34,979 nucleotides of DNA from Chiloscyllium plagiosum. Its lineage: Eukaryota. The stretch covers positions 69,381,850 through 69,416,828 of the forward strand of contig NC_057711.1 of the NCBI RefSeq assembly GCF_004010195.1, given 5' to 3'. Position numbers and translations under genes: made by a program. The stretch's first letter is position 1. Each line of letters begins with the position of its first letter. The notes beneath the pieces were generated by a model. That model was not told where the DNA came from. It ran no database searches and saw only the letters and a list, made by a program, of their open reading frames with translations. Shown in pieces: positions 11,150 through 22,555 of the stretch.

Positions 11150-12867
11150 CGATGGAATCTTACCATTTTATTGGCTAAATGGGAGTCTTGTCGAGGATCA
11201 TGTAGTAATTCTTGACACTAACCCAAGCAAATTTTCTCACTGTCTCTTTCCAAACCCATGGCTTTAATTGTCAGTCAAGTCCTTGCAGCAAGAATCAATG
11301 TCTGTTTCTATCACATCTTACTACATGCTATTTCCAGAACAACTTGCCATGTACTGGAACTGACTGGAATTTCTGGCGCTGGAGCCATATTTAAAAGGGT
11401 ATTGTGCACAGGGACAAGCAGTATCTACTTGGCCTTCACAGTTCCTGACATTTGCTTCAGACATGGCAAAGAGAAGAAAATCCTTTCCCCTCTTTATGGG
11501 CACAGTCCTGGAGGTCCTGCTTGATAGGGTGATGCAGAATTTGAATTTTCAATTTCTCCAGGACTAGCCGTGGACGCCATGATATCAGGCCGTGCCAGCC
11601 TGGTACAAGATTGGCAATCATTTGAATCAGTGTCAGCTGTATGGAGGAATGTCTAGCACTGTAGGAAGAAAACCAATGTCCTTCATTGCTCTGCCAGCCT
11701 ATGTACCAACATTTCTTTCTGATACATCACACTCACCATCTCTGCTATTGCATTCACATTTGGTCAAGGCTGTTACTCTATCACTCTCACTAATGCCTGC
11801 TATATATTCCTAAGTCCTCCTTACCTACCCTAAATTACAACACGTGAATCCTGTACACTCTCTGAACTGTCTCCTTACTCGCTCAGGAAACTTCTCCATC
11901 TGCACCAACAATAATAATTGTGACATCCACTTTCTTCTTCTTTATTACCTCCCTTTCTCTCATTCCAGGAGAAAACCAGCCCATATTAGGTTAGAAATAG
12001 TCAAGACCAATTGTGTGCTGCCTGTCACTTGTTCCTTATCTCTTATGAGAATACTATTCTGACTCTAAGTGACTGAAGGTCAGTCTGAACTGTTATCGGA
12101 GGTTGTACTACTATTAGAATCCTCTGAGCGAAGGCTATCCCCCTTGACAGGACTAATGCCTGCTGACAACTGTAACAAGCTTTCTGTCTTTCTGTCTTTG
12201 CCAAATGGCATTGCAAGCTCAAAGTAATATGAGACAGGTGAGGGGGCAAAATGCAAAAAAAAGCAAGGCAGGAATCTGCGAGCATCCCAGCAGGCTCAGA
12301 GTGAGTGAACACAATAACAGTGAGTGAAGAACTCAGAGATGCAGTCTGATCCAGTCATTAGCTGCCTGTGTGTCCCTGAGAACAAAATCACCTTGCTACA
12401 GTCTTACAAAAGATAGGCGCCAGTGCAGCCCGAGGTGAAACATTGAAATGCAGAAGCATCCTATAAGTGGATTGATAAAGGCTGACATATATCAGATCAA
12501 ATCTATCGATGTGAGGTGCATGTGGCTGCTGCCAGTTGGAGTGTGCCTGAGATGTTGGTGCCCAGTGGACAACACAGGTCTTTTGGAAAAAACAGTGAGT
12601 TGAACCTGAAATGAACTTGCTTTAGTTTCCATGTAGTGTTTTCATAATCACAACTTTATATGGTGAATTTGGTACAATCGTGACCTGTGTCGAGTTGGAC
12701 TGTTAACCAGCCACTTAACTAACAATCAATTAGAAACTACCATTCCCTGGTAAGGATCTCGCCAGCCTGCCTGAGTAAATTGGGGAAGTTGCAATGAGTT
12801 GATCTCAACATTGAGATGACCAATTTACCGTAGCTCATATTGTTCAGAGCCTGGTAGGATTTCGCCC
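11150..12867 (+). mobile_element. Decayed PIF/Harbinger-like DNA transposon (internally deleted)
   Basis: Imperfect 16-bp TIRs: CGATGGAATCTTACCA (11150-11165) versus GGGCGAAATCCTACCA (reverse complement of 12852-12867), 11/16 identical with mostly transitions. They enclose a Myb/SANT-like pseudogene. Confidence 0.6.
11463..12050 (+). pseudogene. Two-exon Myb/SANT-like (trihelix) DNA-binding protein pseudogene of Harbinger type
   Basis: Exon 1 (11463-11697) reads MAKRRKSFPLF..LEVLLDRV...AWYKIGNHLN/SVSAVWRNV*HCRKKTNVLHCSA. After the acceptor CCCTTTCTCTCATTCCAG| (11968), exon 2 reads EK/PAHIRLEIVKT. A TATA-like TATTTAAAA lies at 11388-11396. Confidence 0.7.
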
Positions 12868-14418
12868 TCATATTTCTACATGATTGCTTAATAGATACAC
12901 TGGACAAATTGATTATTTAATCATGAGGAGTATTTCTGTTTAGGTTTTTGACTTTGTTTATGATGAAAGTTTTCATACATTTATGTATGGTTGATGAAAA
13001 TGAATGGAATGTTATATAAAGCCCTGTGGGAAAATACTCATGATAAATTTGTATTATTTTTATCTTTACAGAAGTGGTGACTGTACTATTTCCATAGGAC
13101 TTGCTTTTAAAAATGTTTATTATCACTGTGCATACCACCTGGTACTCTGGTGCTAAATAATCTACTCCGGTTTGATCTGTCAGCACATGTTATTCCTTTA
13201 TTCAAACAATTCTTTATTTTTTTTCTAGCCAATTACTGATTTAAAATATCAACATTGTCTATTCCTATTTTCCCGGAATGGCTGCTCAGCAAAATTTTTG
13301 CAATTTCTGAATTTTAAAAATATTCATGTGTAGTAAATTCACAATCTTAGCACAAAGGATCAATGCAAATAATAAGTTAATTCCTCCTTGTTAAAATTGA
13401 CAGAGGGAAAACTTTGAATGCAAACAGGTGGGAACAGAACTTTTAGTTATAATTATAGTTTGTTATTTTGGAACTTGAATACTCAAGTCCATATGGGAAA
13501 CAACAATTTGTAAGTGTTCCAAGTATAATATCTCTTTAAGGCAGCTGCTGCCTGGGCACCAGTTGTTTGAGTGAATGATTCTAAGATCTTATACAACTGG
13601 AAGTTAGTACCATGGTATTCTTATTGTTACTCTACATATATAAACTCTCATTTGTTAGTCCAGTTTTCAAATAAAGAAATATGCTTATTTTTAAAAATTA
13701 TTTTCTTAATAATTTGTATGAGAATTGCATATTCTTAATTTTGCATGTCTTTACATAACTGTGTTTTTTTAATCCATCTGTTTTTACTTGCATATCTGAT
13801 TGAGTATTCACCTGCCTGGGACTTTCACAGCAATGATATTCCTTCTGCATATTTACTAATTAAGAGAACTTGGGGCGTGGTATGCTTGAATGCTACCTAT
13901 AGGAACTTAGTTGATTTAGGCTGTTGATACAAAGTGTGTAGAACATGTTCATTAATCTCATGTTTTGTGATGTAAAATTACCAAGTGAGGAATTATTACT
14001 GTTTATTTATTGCAAACCCTTAAGTTTTAAACAAAATAATACCCATTCCTTACTACAGTAAGACTTAATCTTAATTATTACCCTGATGTATTCAATCTAC
14101 AAATTATGGTTATTGCATTATCCATTCTACTAATTGAGCACTTAATTAGAGGTTAGTTAATGATTACTTACACCTTAAAATAATATGCTCCCTCTTTCAT
14201 TCTAGACATAATTTTCAGTCAGATTCTTTTTTCACTAATTTTAAACAAAAAAAAGTTAATATGATTAAAATCAAAGAATAATACGGAAACTTTTTCTCAC
14301 TACAATTTAGGATGAGCTAAAATGTAAAATGTAGCCCAGCCAATCAATCCTTATAATAGAAGGAGAAAGTTTGAGCATTTCCCACATGATAAGTTAGATA
14401 ATTCTCAGAAGTATTGAT

Positions 14419-14436
14419 TGCTGCCCTTTAGTGGCA
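14419..14436 (-). promoter_or_regulatory. Candidate CTCF binding motif
   Basis: TGCCACTAAAGGGCAGCA has one mismatch to the CCASYAGRKGGCRS core and is a GC-rich island in AT-rich unique DNA. Confidence 0.4.
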
Positions 14437-15003
14437 TTTCTGTCCTATCAATTTAAAAATATTAATAAGTTCTTTGTCAATTATCGTAATAAACAAAAAA
14501 GTCTGCCTAAATGGTTTTTATGAATGAAGAATCTGGATCTGCTGTCTTTAGTAAGTTGAACTTTGTTTCTGCTGAAAAAAAAGCATTTTAACCTTCATGT
14601 TTATTTTTTTTAAATCACAAGTATCTGATTATTATGGCCCATTTTCATTTCCAGATTTCTCGTTTAAATCTTAAAGAAAATTACTATTGGTGAAAAAAGT
14701 CTCATTTGAATAAATTGAGCGCAAATGACATAATCACATTAGATAGGTCTGTTTATTTTTCAGAAAAGGTGAAAAGCAAAATAGTCTAGTAAGTAGATAT
14801 TATTTTCTTCAAAGTATTAGGTCAGCCTGCCTCAATAGCCAACTTGCAACAGTGATCACTATTTCTTAAAATTGTCATCTCTGGTTTTGGATTGGATTAT
14901 TATTGTTCAAGATTTTTGACTAAGAAAGAAGTGGGTTACTCAGATGGTACAAAGAGAAGTCAAAATGCGAAACAAATAAGCAAATTCATTTCTGTGTGTG
15001 ATT

Positions 15004-15138
15004 GTGAGTACCATATTTTCTGATGTTAGCAATACTGCAGTAATATTGCATCATTCTGAATTTTTTGACAAGTTGTTTTGCTAGTGATAATTAAATCTGT
15101 GGATAACTAACTATGTTTTAATCATTTTGTTGTTGTAG
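15004..15138 (+). other. Candidate spliceosomal intron (135 nt)
   Basis: GTGAGT donor, ACTAAC branch point (A at 15110), T-rich tract and TAG acceptor. Confidence 0.35.
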
Positions 15139-16227
15139 GCACAGCCACTTTAGTGAATGCTGAAGAATTCAATGGTGAAGAATATCTTTGGTTAAAAACA
15201 TGGAGTCAACAGAGTAACCAGAATTCTTCCTGTAAATTATGGTAGCTGTAACTGTAACATTCAGTGGAAGGGCATCTGCATTCTTTGGTTCAGGGCCCTG
15301 TGATAAAAATCTAGAACTTAACAAGATTGTTTAAATATAAGTCTTGAACAACAGTAACTATATCTATAAACTATGTACCCTTGGAAAGGGTGACATAAGG
15401 AAAGTATGGATCAGACTGAAACCAGTAGGCCAGTGCTGGACTTTTTAATCCAAGAACTGATTAAAAATTCAGTGATCTGAATAAAGTCAAAAGTATTACT
15501 ATGCATAACTTGATGAATGCAGCCAAGTTGACAGCTGCATTATGACTCAGAAACACAAGTAGTAGACAAAGATCATGTCTTTGTCAAGAATTTGAACATG
15601 AGACAAAATTATTGGATTAGGAGAACTGACAGTTGCACCACATTTTACACTAATCTTCTTGAGAAAAATCTCTTTCTGGAATCTTATTTCAATTCACTGG
15701 AAAGAAAAGCATGAGATAAAATTATTAGAGACCATCCTAGATAATTGTAATTGGGGGAAGCTTACATTGTGTCACTTCAAGCCCGTGTGTGTTATCCAAT
15801 ATAGATTATGACGGTGCAAAATTTGGAGCAATTTGTTTACCATTTTCACCCTGGATCTGCCCATTCCAAAAATCAAAAATCCCAATTTAGCAAATATGTT
15901 TTGTATCTCAGAAGGCTTTTCAAATGAGCCAATGTTTTGACCAGGAGATGAATGCAACAAATGTATTTTTTTGCCATTTATGTTTTAAAGAATGTTTCAA
16001 GAAATTATAATATTTTTGGCTAAAACTTGTTTTGTTTCAGTTGAAAAATACTGTAGTAGTCTGAAGATTACATTTGTTTGTGCTAAGTACCTGGTTGGAC
16101 AGTTTGGTTGGACAGATTCTTTGGTAACCCTTGCCGAACATAATCTTGTTATTGGATGATCCTAATGTCCTAGATGTTACAGCATTTGTTTGTATTGAAA
16201 ATGTGAAAGCATGATTAAAGGGATTTC

Positions 16228-17235
16228 AGAACACAGAAAGATACTTCAGCTGAACATCTCTGCACCGATCATCAAACATCTATCCATTTAAATCCTGATT
16301 TCCAGCATTTGGCCCATAGCCTTGTATGCCATGGCATTTCAAGTGCTCATCTAAATAGTTTTTCAATGTCTTTGGGGTTCCTTCTTCTACTACCCTTTTC
16401 AGGCTGTAAGTTCCAGATACCCACAACCCTCTGGGTGAAAAAAAATCCCAAATTCTCTAAACCTCCTATTCCTTATCCTAAAATTTGCCCCCTAGTTATT
16501 GATAACTCTATTAAGTGGAATAGTTTCTTCCAATCTACTCGGATTATGTCCTTCAGAACTTTGTACACCTCAAATTATTTCCTCTCTCTCTCTATGCTGT
16601 AAGGAAAACAACCCCAGCCAATTTATTCAAATTTCACAGCTGAATTGCTCCAGCTCAGATAACATCCTGGTGACTCCTCTCTGCACCCTGTTGAGTGCAA
16701 TCACATCCATCCTATAGTGTGGTGACCAAAACTGCACATAGTATACCAGCTATGGCCTAACTAATATTATATACAGCTCCATCATGACCTCCGTGCTCAT
16801 GTATTCAATACCTTGAATAAGAAAGGCAGGTATTCCATGTATTCTGCTGCCCTTAAAGATCTATGGACATGCAGGGCAAGGCCCTTTTGATCATTTGTAC
16901 ATCCCAGGACCTACCAATCAATGTGTACTTGCTTGCCTTCTTGATCCACCTAAAATCCATCACTTCACACGTTTATCTGGATTAAATTCTATTTGCCCCT
17001 GATCAGCCTATCTGTCTGGCCTGTTTATATCATCCTGTAGACTAAGGCTGTCTTCCTCACTACCAAATTTTGTCATCTGCAAATTTACTGATCATACCTC
17101 CTACATTCCTGTCTAGATCATTAACATAGACAACAAATAGCAAAGGATCCGTCACTGAACCCTGCGGAACCTGACTGGACAGAGGCTTCCAATCACAAAA
17201 AAAAACTTCGACCATCACTCTCTGCTTCCTGCCAC
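16228..17235 (-). mobile_element. Old CR1 LINE 3' fragment
   Basis: Antisense of RT motifs (QGSVTDPLLF, SKFADDK) and the CR1 C-terminus. Confidence 0.85.
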
Positions 17236-17944
17236 AATGGTGAGACTCTGAATCCTTGTTGGTAGATCTCTGGATTATTAGTCTCTTGGATTTTCTTGAT
17301 GCATGGAAGTTCTCCTAATGATATGAGGGCCAGTCTTTAATTTAATAACTGAGCTTTAAGGGCTTGTTTTGGGAGGTGACATTACCTGATGTTACACTTA
17401 ACCATTGTGATTGCAACTACTACCACTTTCCTGCTTTCAGAAATCACAGATCCAAATATAGTTCTGCAATTATCATGTCTCACCTCCATCTGTACTTGTG
17501 CCACAGAATACAAAACCACAATTATTTTATAAAATTCAGTTGCATGTATGGTTATCGATGTTGAGATAACTGCTCGAATAAGTGTAATGATTAGCAAACC
17601 AAAAAAAATCTGATAAATACAATATTGAGAAATTAGGTATTGAGAAAAGCAAAATGATGAGGTATTGGAAGTCTTGAAAGAACAAAAATTAGGACACAAA
17701 ATGCAATAAATGTGTTGATGAAATCCCGAGGATACTATTTATTATGCATCATCAGTGAGAAATTCCATGTGATTATTATAATACATTTATTCCATATCTT
17801 TACAGTCTTATTCAGATTTACTAACATCCTGCATACCCTACAAACAGTTTCTCTTTTACAAAATCTGCGGTTATTCGAGAGGTAGTTAATCAGTTTATAA
17901 TTGCATATCACAGGAAAACCTATGTCTGTAACAGTTTTTTACTT

Positions 17945-18268
17945 ACAACATGGTGATTTCAGACACAAACTGCTTTCAACAGACATAGGGTAATGATACT
18001 ATGATTTCATTCGAGCGAATATCAAAAATCCTCTTTCACAGAGGTACCTTGCCATGAACAGAATGAAAGCTTTGGCAGCTATGACAGCTGCAGATATCGT
18101 GCTTGTATTCAGGGGTTCTTGTGGTGCAAGGATAGCATTCCTACTTATGCAGCATAGGTGTGTCATAACACATCTGAACAGGTTGATTAAAAATATCACT
18201 GCATTTGGATACAAGGACCTGTCAGTTGCTTTTGTTGAACCTCAACTTTGAGTGTGCCATTAGTTGTT
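17945..18268 (-). pseudogene. hAT transposase C-terminal dimerisation domain
   Basis: TNGTLKVEVQQKQL and AAKAFILFMARYLCERGFLIFARMKS*Y...VESSLCL correspond to PFxTTYLCExGFSxLxxMKTKYR. Confidence 0.8.
18112..18192 (+). mobile_element. Short internally deleted tRNA-type SINE remnant inside the hAT ORF
   Basis: Head GGGGTTCTTGTGGTGCAAGGATAGC and end GGTGTGTCATAACACATCTGAACAGGTTGATTAAAA. It interrupts the transposase frame and is flanked by ATATC repeats. Confidence 0.5.
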
Positions 18269-18321
18269 GTGGTTAAAAATCACACAACACCAGGTTATAG
18301 TCCAACAGGTTTATTTGCAAA

Positions 18322-18355
18322 CACTAGTTTCGGAGCGCTGCTCCTTCATCAGGTA
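18322..18355 (-). ncRNA. Minimal type I hammerhead ribozyme motif (PLE family B)
   Basis: TAC-CTGATGA-A-GGAGC(agc)GCTCC-GAAA-CTA/GTG. Confidence 0.65.
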
Positions 18356-19413
18356 GCTGTGGAACAAGATCATAAGACACAAAATTTATGGCAAAAGATT
18401 ACAGTGTCAACAGTATCTTATCCTGTTATTATATTTGCAGATACATTCTATTTTGCTCAAAAAGCACACAATCTGCAGGCAGTCAATCTATGTAATATTT
18501 TATAAGTTCCTACTTTGGAAGTAGAATCAGTCTTGAGTCAAAATTGGGATACAACAGACTCTAACTTCACACCTTTAATGCATTGTCTGAGCTGAGATGT
18601 CACTTTTTTTTAATAAAACCTTCAGTTATCGCGAGAATGTGACTTAAAAGAAGTTCTGGGATTTACAAAGGGATTTAGTCCAAGAACTCCCCACCTACGT
18701 TCGGGACACCACCCACGCCCTCCACCTCCTCCATGATTTTCGCTTCCCCGGTCCCCAACACCTTATCTTCACCATGGACATCCAGTCCCTGTACACCTCC
18801 ATCCCCCATCACGAAGGACTCAAAGCCCTCCGCTTCTTCCTTTCCCGCCGTACCAACCAGTACCCTTCCACTGACACCCTCCTTCAACTGACTGAACTGG
18901 TCCTCACCCTGAACAACTTCTCTTTCCAATCCTCCCACTTCCTCCAAACCAAGGGAGTAGCCATGGGCACCCGCATGGGCCCCAGCTATGCCTGCCCCTT
19001 CGTAGGACATGTGGAACAGTCCATCTTCCGCAGCTACACTGGCACCACCCCCCACCTTTTCCTCCACTACATCGATGACTTTATCGGCACTGCCTCATGC
19101 TCCCAGGAGGTTGTTTAACAGTTCATCCACTTTACCAACACTTTCCACCCCGACCTCAAATTCACCTGGACAGCCTCAGACCCCTCCCTCCCTTTCCTAG
19201 ATCTTTCCATTTCTATCTCGGGCGACCAAATCAACATGGACATTTACTATAAACTGACCAACTCCCACAGCTACCTAGACTACACCTCCTCCCACCCTGC
19301 CCCCTGTAAAAACGCCATCCCATATTCCCAATTCCTTCATCTCCGCCGCATCTGCTCCCAGGAGGACCAGTTCCAATACCGTACAACCCAGATGGCCTCC
19401 TTCTTCAAAGACC

Positions 19414-20075
19414 NNNNNNNNNNNNNNNNNNNNNNNNNNNNNNNNNNNNNNNNNNNNNNNNNNNNNNNNNNNNNNNNNNNNNNNNNNNNNNNNNNNNNNN
19501 NNNNNNNNNNNNNNNNNNNNNNNNNNNNNNNNNNNNNNNNNNNNNNNNNNNNNNNNNNNNNNNNNNNNNNNNNNNNNNNNNNNNNNNNNNNNNNNNNNNN
19601 NNNNNNNNNNNNNNNNNNNNNNNNNNNNNNNNNNNNNNNNNNNNNNNNNNNNNNNNNNNNNNNNNNNNNNNNNNNNNNNNNNNNNNNNNNNNNNNNNNNN
19701 NNNNNNNNNNNNNNNNNNNNNNNNNNNNNNNNNNNNNNNNNNNNNNNNNNNNNNNNNNNNNNNNNNNNNNNNNNNNNNNNNNNNNNNNNNNNNNNNNNNN
19801 NNNNNNNNNNNNNNNNNNNNNNNNNNNNNNNNNNNNNNNNNNNNNNNNNNNNNNNNNNNNNNNNNNNNNNNNNNNNNNNNNNNNNNNNNNNNNNNNNNNN
19901 NNNNNNNNNNNNNNNNNNNNNNNNNNNNNNNNNNNNNNNNNNNNNNNNNNNNNNNNNNNNNNNNNNNNNNNNNNNNNNNNNNNNNNNNNNNNNNNNNNNN
20001 NNNNNNNNNNNNNNNNNNNNNNNNNNNNNNNNNNNNNNNNNNNNNNNNNNNNNNNNNNNNNNNNNNNNNNNNNNN
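19414..20075. other. Assembly gap (662 N)
   Basis: Run of N. Confidence 1.
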
Positions 20076-20146
20076 CATTTCCAACGCCCCTCCCCCAAGT
20101 CCCTCCTCCCTACCTTTTATCTTAGCCTGCTGGACACACTTTCCTC

Positions 20147-20182
20147 ATTCCTGAAGAAGGGCTCATGCCCGAAACGTCGATT
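20147..20182 (+). ncRNA. Minimal type I hammerhead ribozyme motif (PLE family A)
   Basis: ATTC-CTGAAGA-A-GGGC(tcat)GCCC-GAAAC-GTC/GATT, with palindromic ACGT in stem III. Confidence 0.75.
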
Positions 20183-20400
20183 CTCCTGCTCCTTGGATGC
20201 TGCCTGACCTGCTGTGCTTTTCCAAGTACACATTTTCAGCTGGGATTTACATATCAATGAACCAAAACCTGCAACCCATTCGACAAGATTAAAGACTTAA
20301 AGACTTAAAAACAATCTAGGTTTGTTCAATAAATTATTTCAGCTTATGACACTGTAATATTTTGCTATAAATTCTGTGTCTTATGATCCTGTTCCACAGT

Positions 20401-20434
20401 TACCTGATGATGGAGCAGTGCTCCGAAACTAGTG
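20401..20434 (+). ncRNA. Minimal type I hammerhead ribozyme motif (PLE family B)
   Basis: TAC-CTGATGA-T-GGAGC(agt)GCTCC-GAAA-CTA/GTG. Confidence 0.65.
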
Positions 20435-20680
20435 CTTCCACATAAACCTGTTGGACTCTAACCTGGTGTTGTGTGATTTTTAACTTTGTCCACCCCAGTC
20501 CAACACCTTTATCTCCACATCATTAGTTGTTATTGTCAGCAAGGCTCTCTTATTTTTATAGTCAGCTTGTGTGACATAGAAATTGCAGGAAAATTTGAGT
20601 AAAGTTAGCATTCCTAGGTGTTTTTGTGGTCCATTGATGAGGCTGGGGAGTAACCATTTAGTTGTTGTACCAGTTCAGTC

Positions 20681-20853
20681 ATATAAGACCATAAGCAATA
20701 GAAAGGAATAGGCCATTTGCCCCCTTGAACCTGTTGTGCCATTCAATAGGATCATAGCTGATCCAACATTCCTTACGTCCACTTTGTTGCATTTTTCCAT
20801 AACCCATAATTCCCCCATTGATCAAGAATCTTTCTATCTCAATTTTAAATATG
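20681..20853 (-). mobile_element. CR1 LINE 3'-end fragment inserted in the hAT ORF
   Basis: Antisense CR1 3' UTR (ATAAGACCATAAG..GGCCATT..GCCATTCAATAGGATCATAGCTGAT). Confidence 0.8.
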
Positions 20854-20857
20854 GTGC

Positions 20858-21266
20858 TTGATGTCACCTATAATGCTATGCAAAGTTAGTTCATTAATAA
20901 TCAATAATGCAGACTTGGAAATATTTCAGTGTCATTTTTCTGCACACAATGAGCTCAAAATTCCAGCCTTTTATTCATGGCCTCAGTTTTATCAAGGACA
21001 TTTGAATATTGGCATGCTCAGTCCTTGGAGTCATAAATTTAACGTAGGTACAATAAACATCTGACAGGTAGCCCAAACAAGGCATCTAAGATGTGTCAAG
21101 CAGATTTGCCGAGAAAATTGTTTGTACAAAATAATTAATCTCAGAATGAAGTTCAAGTTTTACCTCTACAACAACAATGAACATTAATGTGGAGCAACAG
21201 ATTGACCGGTTTATTTCCCATTTTATTATGTAGTGCGGAAAAAGTATGTGTATTTGAGGGACAATC
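20858..21266 (-). pseudogene. hAT transposase central piece
   Basis: PSNTHTFSALHNKMGNKPVNLLLHINVHCCCRGK corresponds to LLLHTEVRWLSRGK, followed by LGYLSDV and LNL*LQG..DKTEAMNKRLEF. Confidence 0.8.
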
Positions 21267-22555
21267 TCTTAGACTGTAAGGTAAAGGAGCAGAATTAGAT
21301 CAGTCTGCTTCGCCATTTGATCATGGCAGATATGTTTCTCAACTTCAGTCTATTGCTTTCTCTCCTTGAACCATTACTAATCAGGAGCCAATCTATCTAT
21401 TTCTTAAATACACTCAATGACTTGGCTTCCACAGCCCTCGGAGTTCCATAGATTCACCACACTCAGGCTGAAGAAATTCCTCCTCATTCTCAGTTCTAAA
21501 GGATCGTCCCATCACTCTGATGCTGTGCCCACAGGCCCCAGTTTCTCCTACTTGTGGAAACATCTTCTCCACATCCACTTTATCCAGGCCTCTCAGTATT
21601 CTGTGCATTTCAATCAGATTCCCTCCCCCATCCTACTATACACTGAGTACAGACCCAGGGTCCTCAACTGCTCCTCATATGACAAGCCATTCATTCTTTG
21701 TTCATGCTTGTAAACCACTCTGGACCCACACCATTGCCAGCACATTCACCCTTAGATACTAGACCCAAAATGCTCACAATATTTCAAATGCAGTCTGACC
21801 AGAGCCTTTTACAGCCTCACCAGTATATCTCTGCTCTTCTATTTTAGCCATCTCAAAATGAATTGCATTTGTCTTCCTAACTGCCAACTGAACCTGTATG
21901 TAAACCTTTAAGAGAATCCTTAACCAGACTCCCAAGTCCTTTTGTGCTTCAGATTTCTGAAGCATTTCTCCATTTAGTAAATAGTCTATGCCTCTATTCT
22001 TCCTATCAAAGTGCACAACCTCACATTTTACACATTGTATTCCATCTTTGCCCACTCTCCTACCCGGCAGGTCTTTCTGCAGCCTCCTTGCTTCCTCAAG
22101 ACTACCTAACCCTCTGCCTATCTTTATGTCATCGATAAGCTTAGCAACAACACCCTCAGTTCCTTTACCCAGATTGTTATTGTATAACACCAGTAGTTGT
22201 CCGAACACTGACCCCTGCGAAACTCCATTAGTCACTGGCTGCCATCCTGAAAAGGTTCTCTTTATCCGCATTCTCTGCCTTCTATTAGTCAGCTAATCCT
22301 TTATCTCTGCCAGTACCTTTCCCTGAACACCATGCGTTCTTATTTAGCAGCCTGTTGTGCAGCAACTTGTCAAAGGTTCCTGGAAAACCAAATAGATCAC
22401 ATCAATTGGCTCTTCCTTGTTTAACTTGCTTCTACCTGCTCGAATAAGACTATTGGATTTGTCAGACAGAAACTCCCCTTGATGAAGCTAAGCTATTTTA
22501 TATAACTCAGCTATTTTACCATACACAAACTTAATAATGAACTCTAAAATCTTAT

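Larger units (their letters stand above)
18668..20239 (+). mobile_element. 5'-truncated Penelope-like element (family A), RT domain, spanning a gap
   Basis: MDIQSLYTSIP, QTKGVAMGTRMGPSYA, YIDD and DIYYKLTNSHSYLDYTSSHP. 3' end with hammerhead motif. TSD CTGGGATTTACA at 18656-18667 and 20240-20251. Confidence 0.93.
18272..20520 (+). mobile_element. Penelope-like family B terminal fragment with 138-bp inverted arms and 3' tail, hosting a family A Penelope
   Basis: Inverted arms at 18272-18409 and 20347-20484. TSD CATTAGTTGTT at 18258-18268 and 20521-20531. Each arm carries a hammerhead motif. Confidence 0.8.

Noticed and set aside
17493..17880. Possible second hAT terminus (TACTTGTG TSD-like octamer near 17493, CTGCGGTTATTC at 17865)
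   Set aside because: The TSD-like and TIR-like matches are not adjacent and each is weak.
19236..20207. ORFs of 253-323 aa
   Set aside because: They are mostly N. Only the Penelope RT portion before the gap is real.
18272..20484. TIR DNA transposon carrying a reverse transcriptase
   Set aside because: The RT belongs to a separate insertion with its own TSD. The outer repeats are asymmetric with a tail, and family TSD lengths vary (5, 11 and 15 bp), which fits Penelope.
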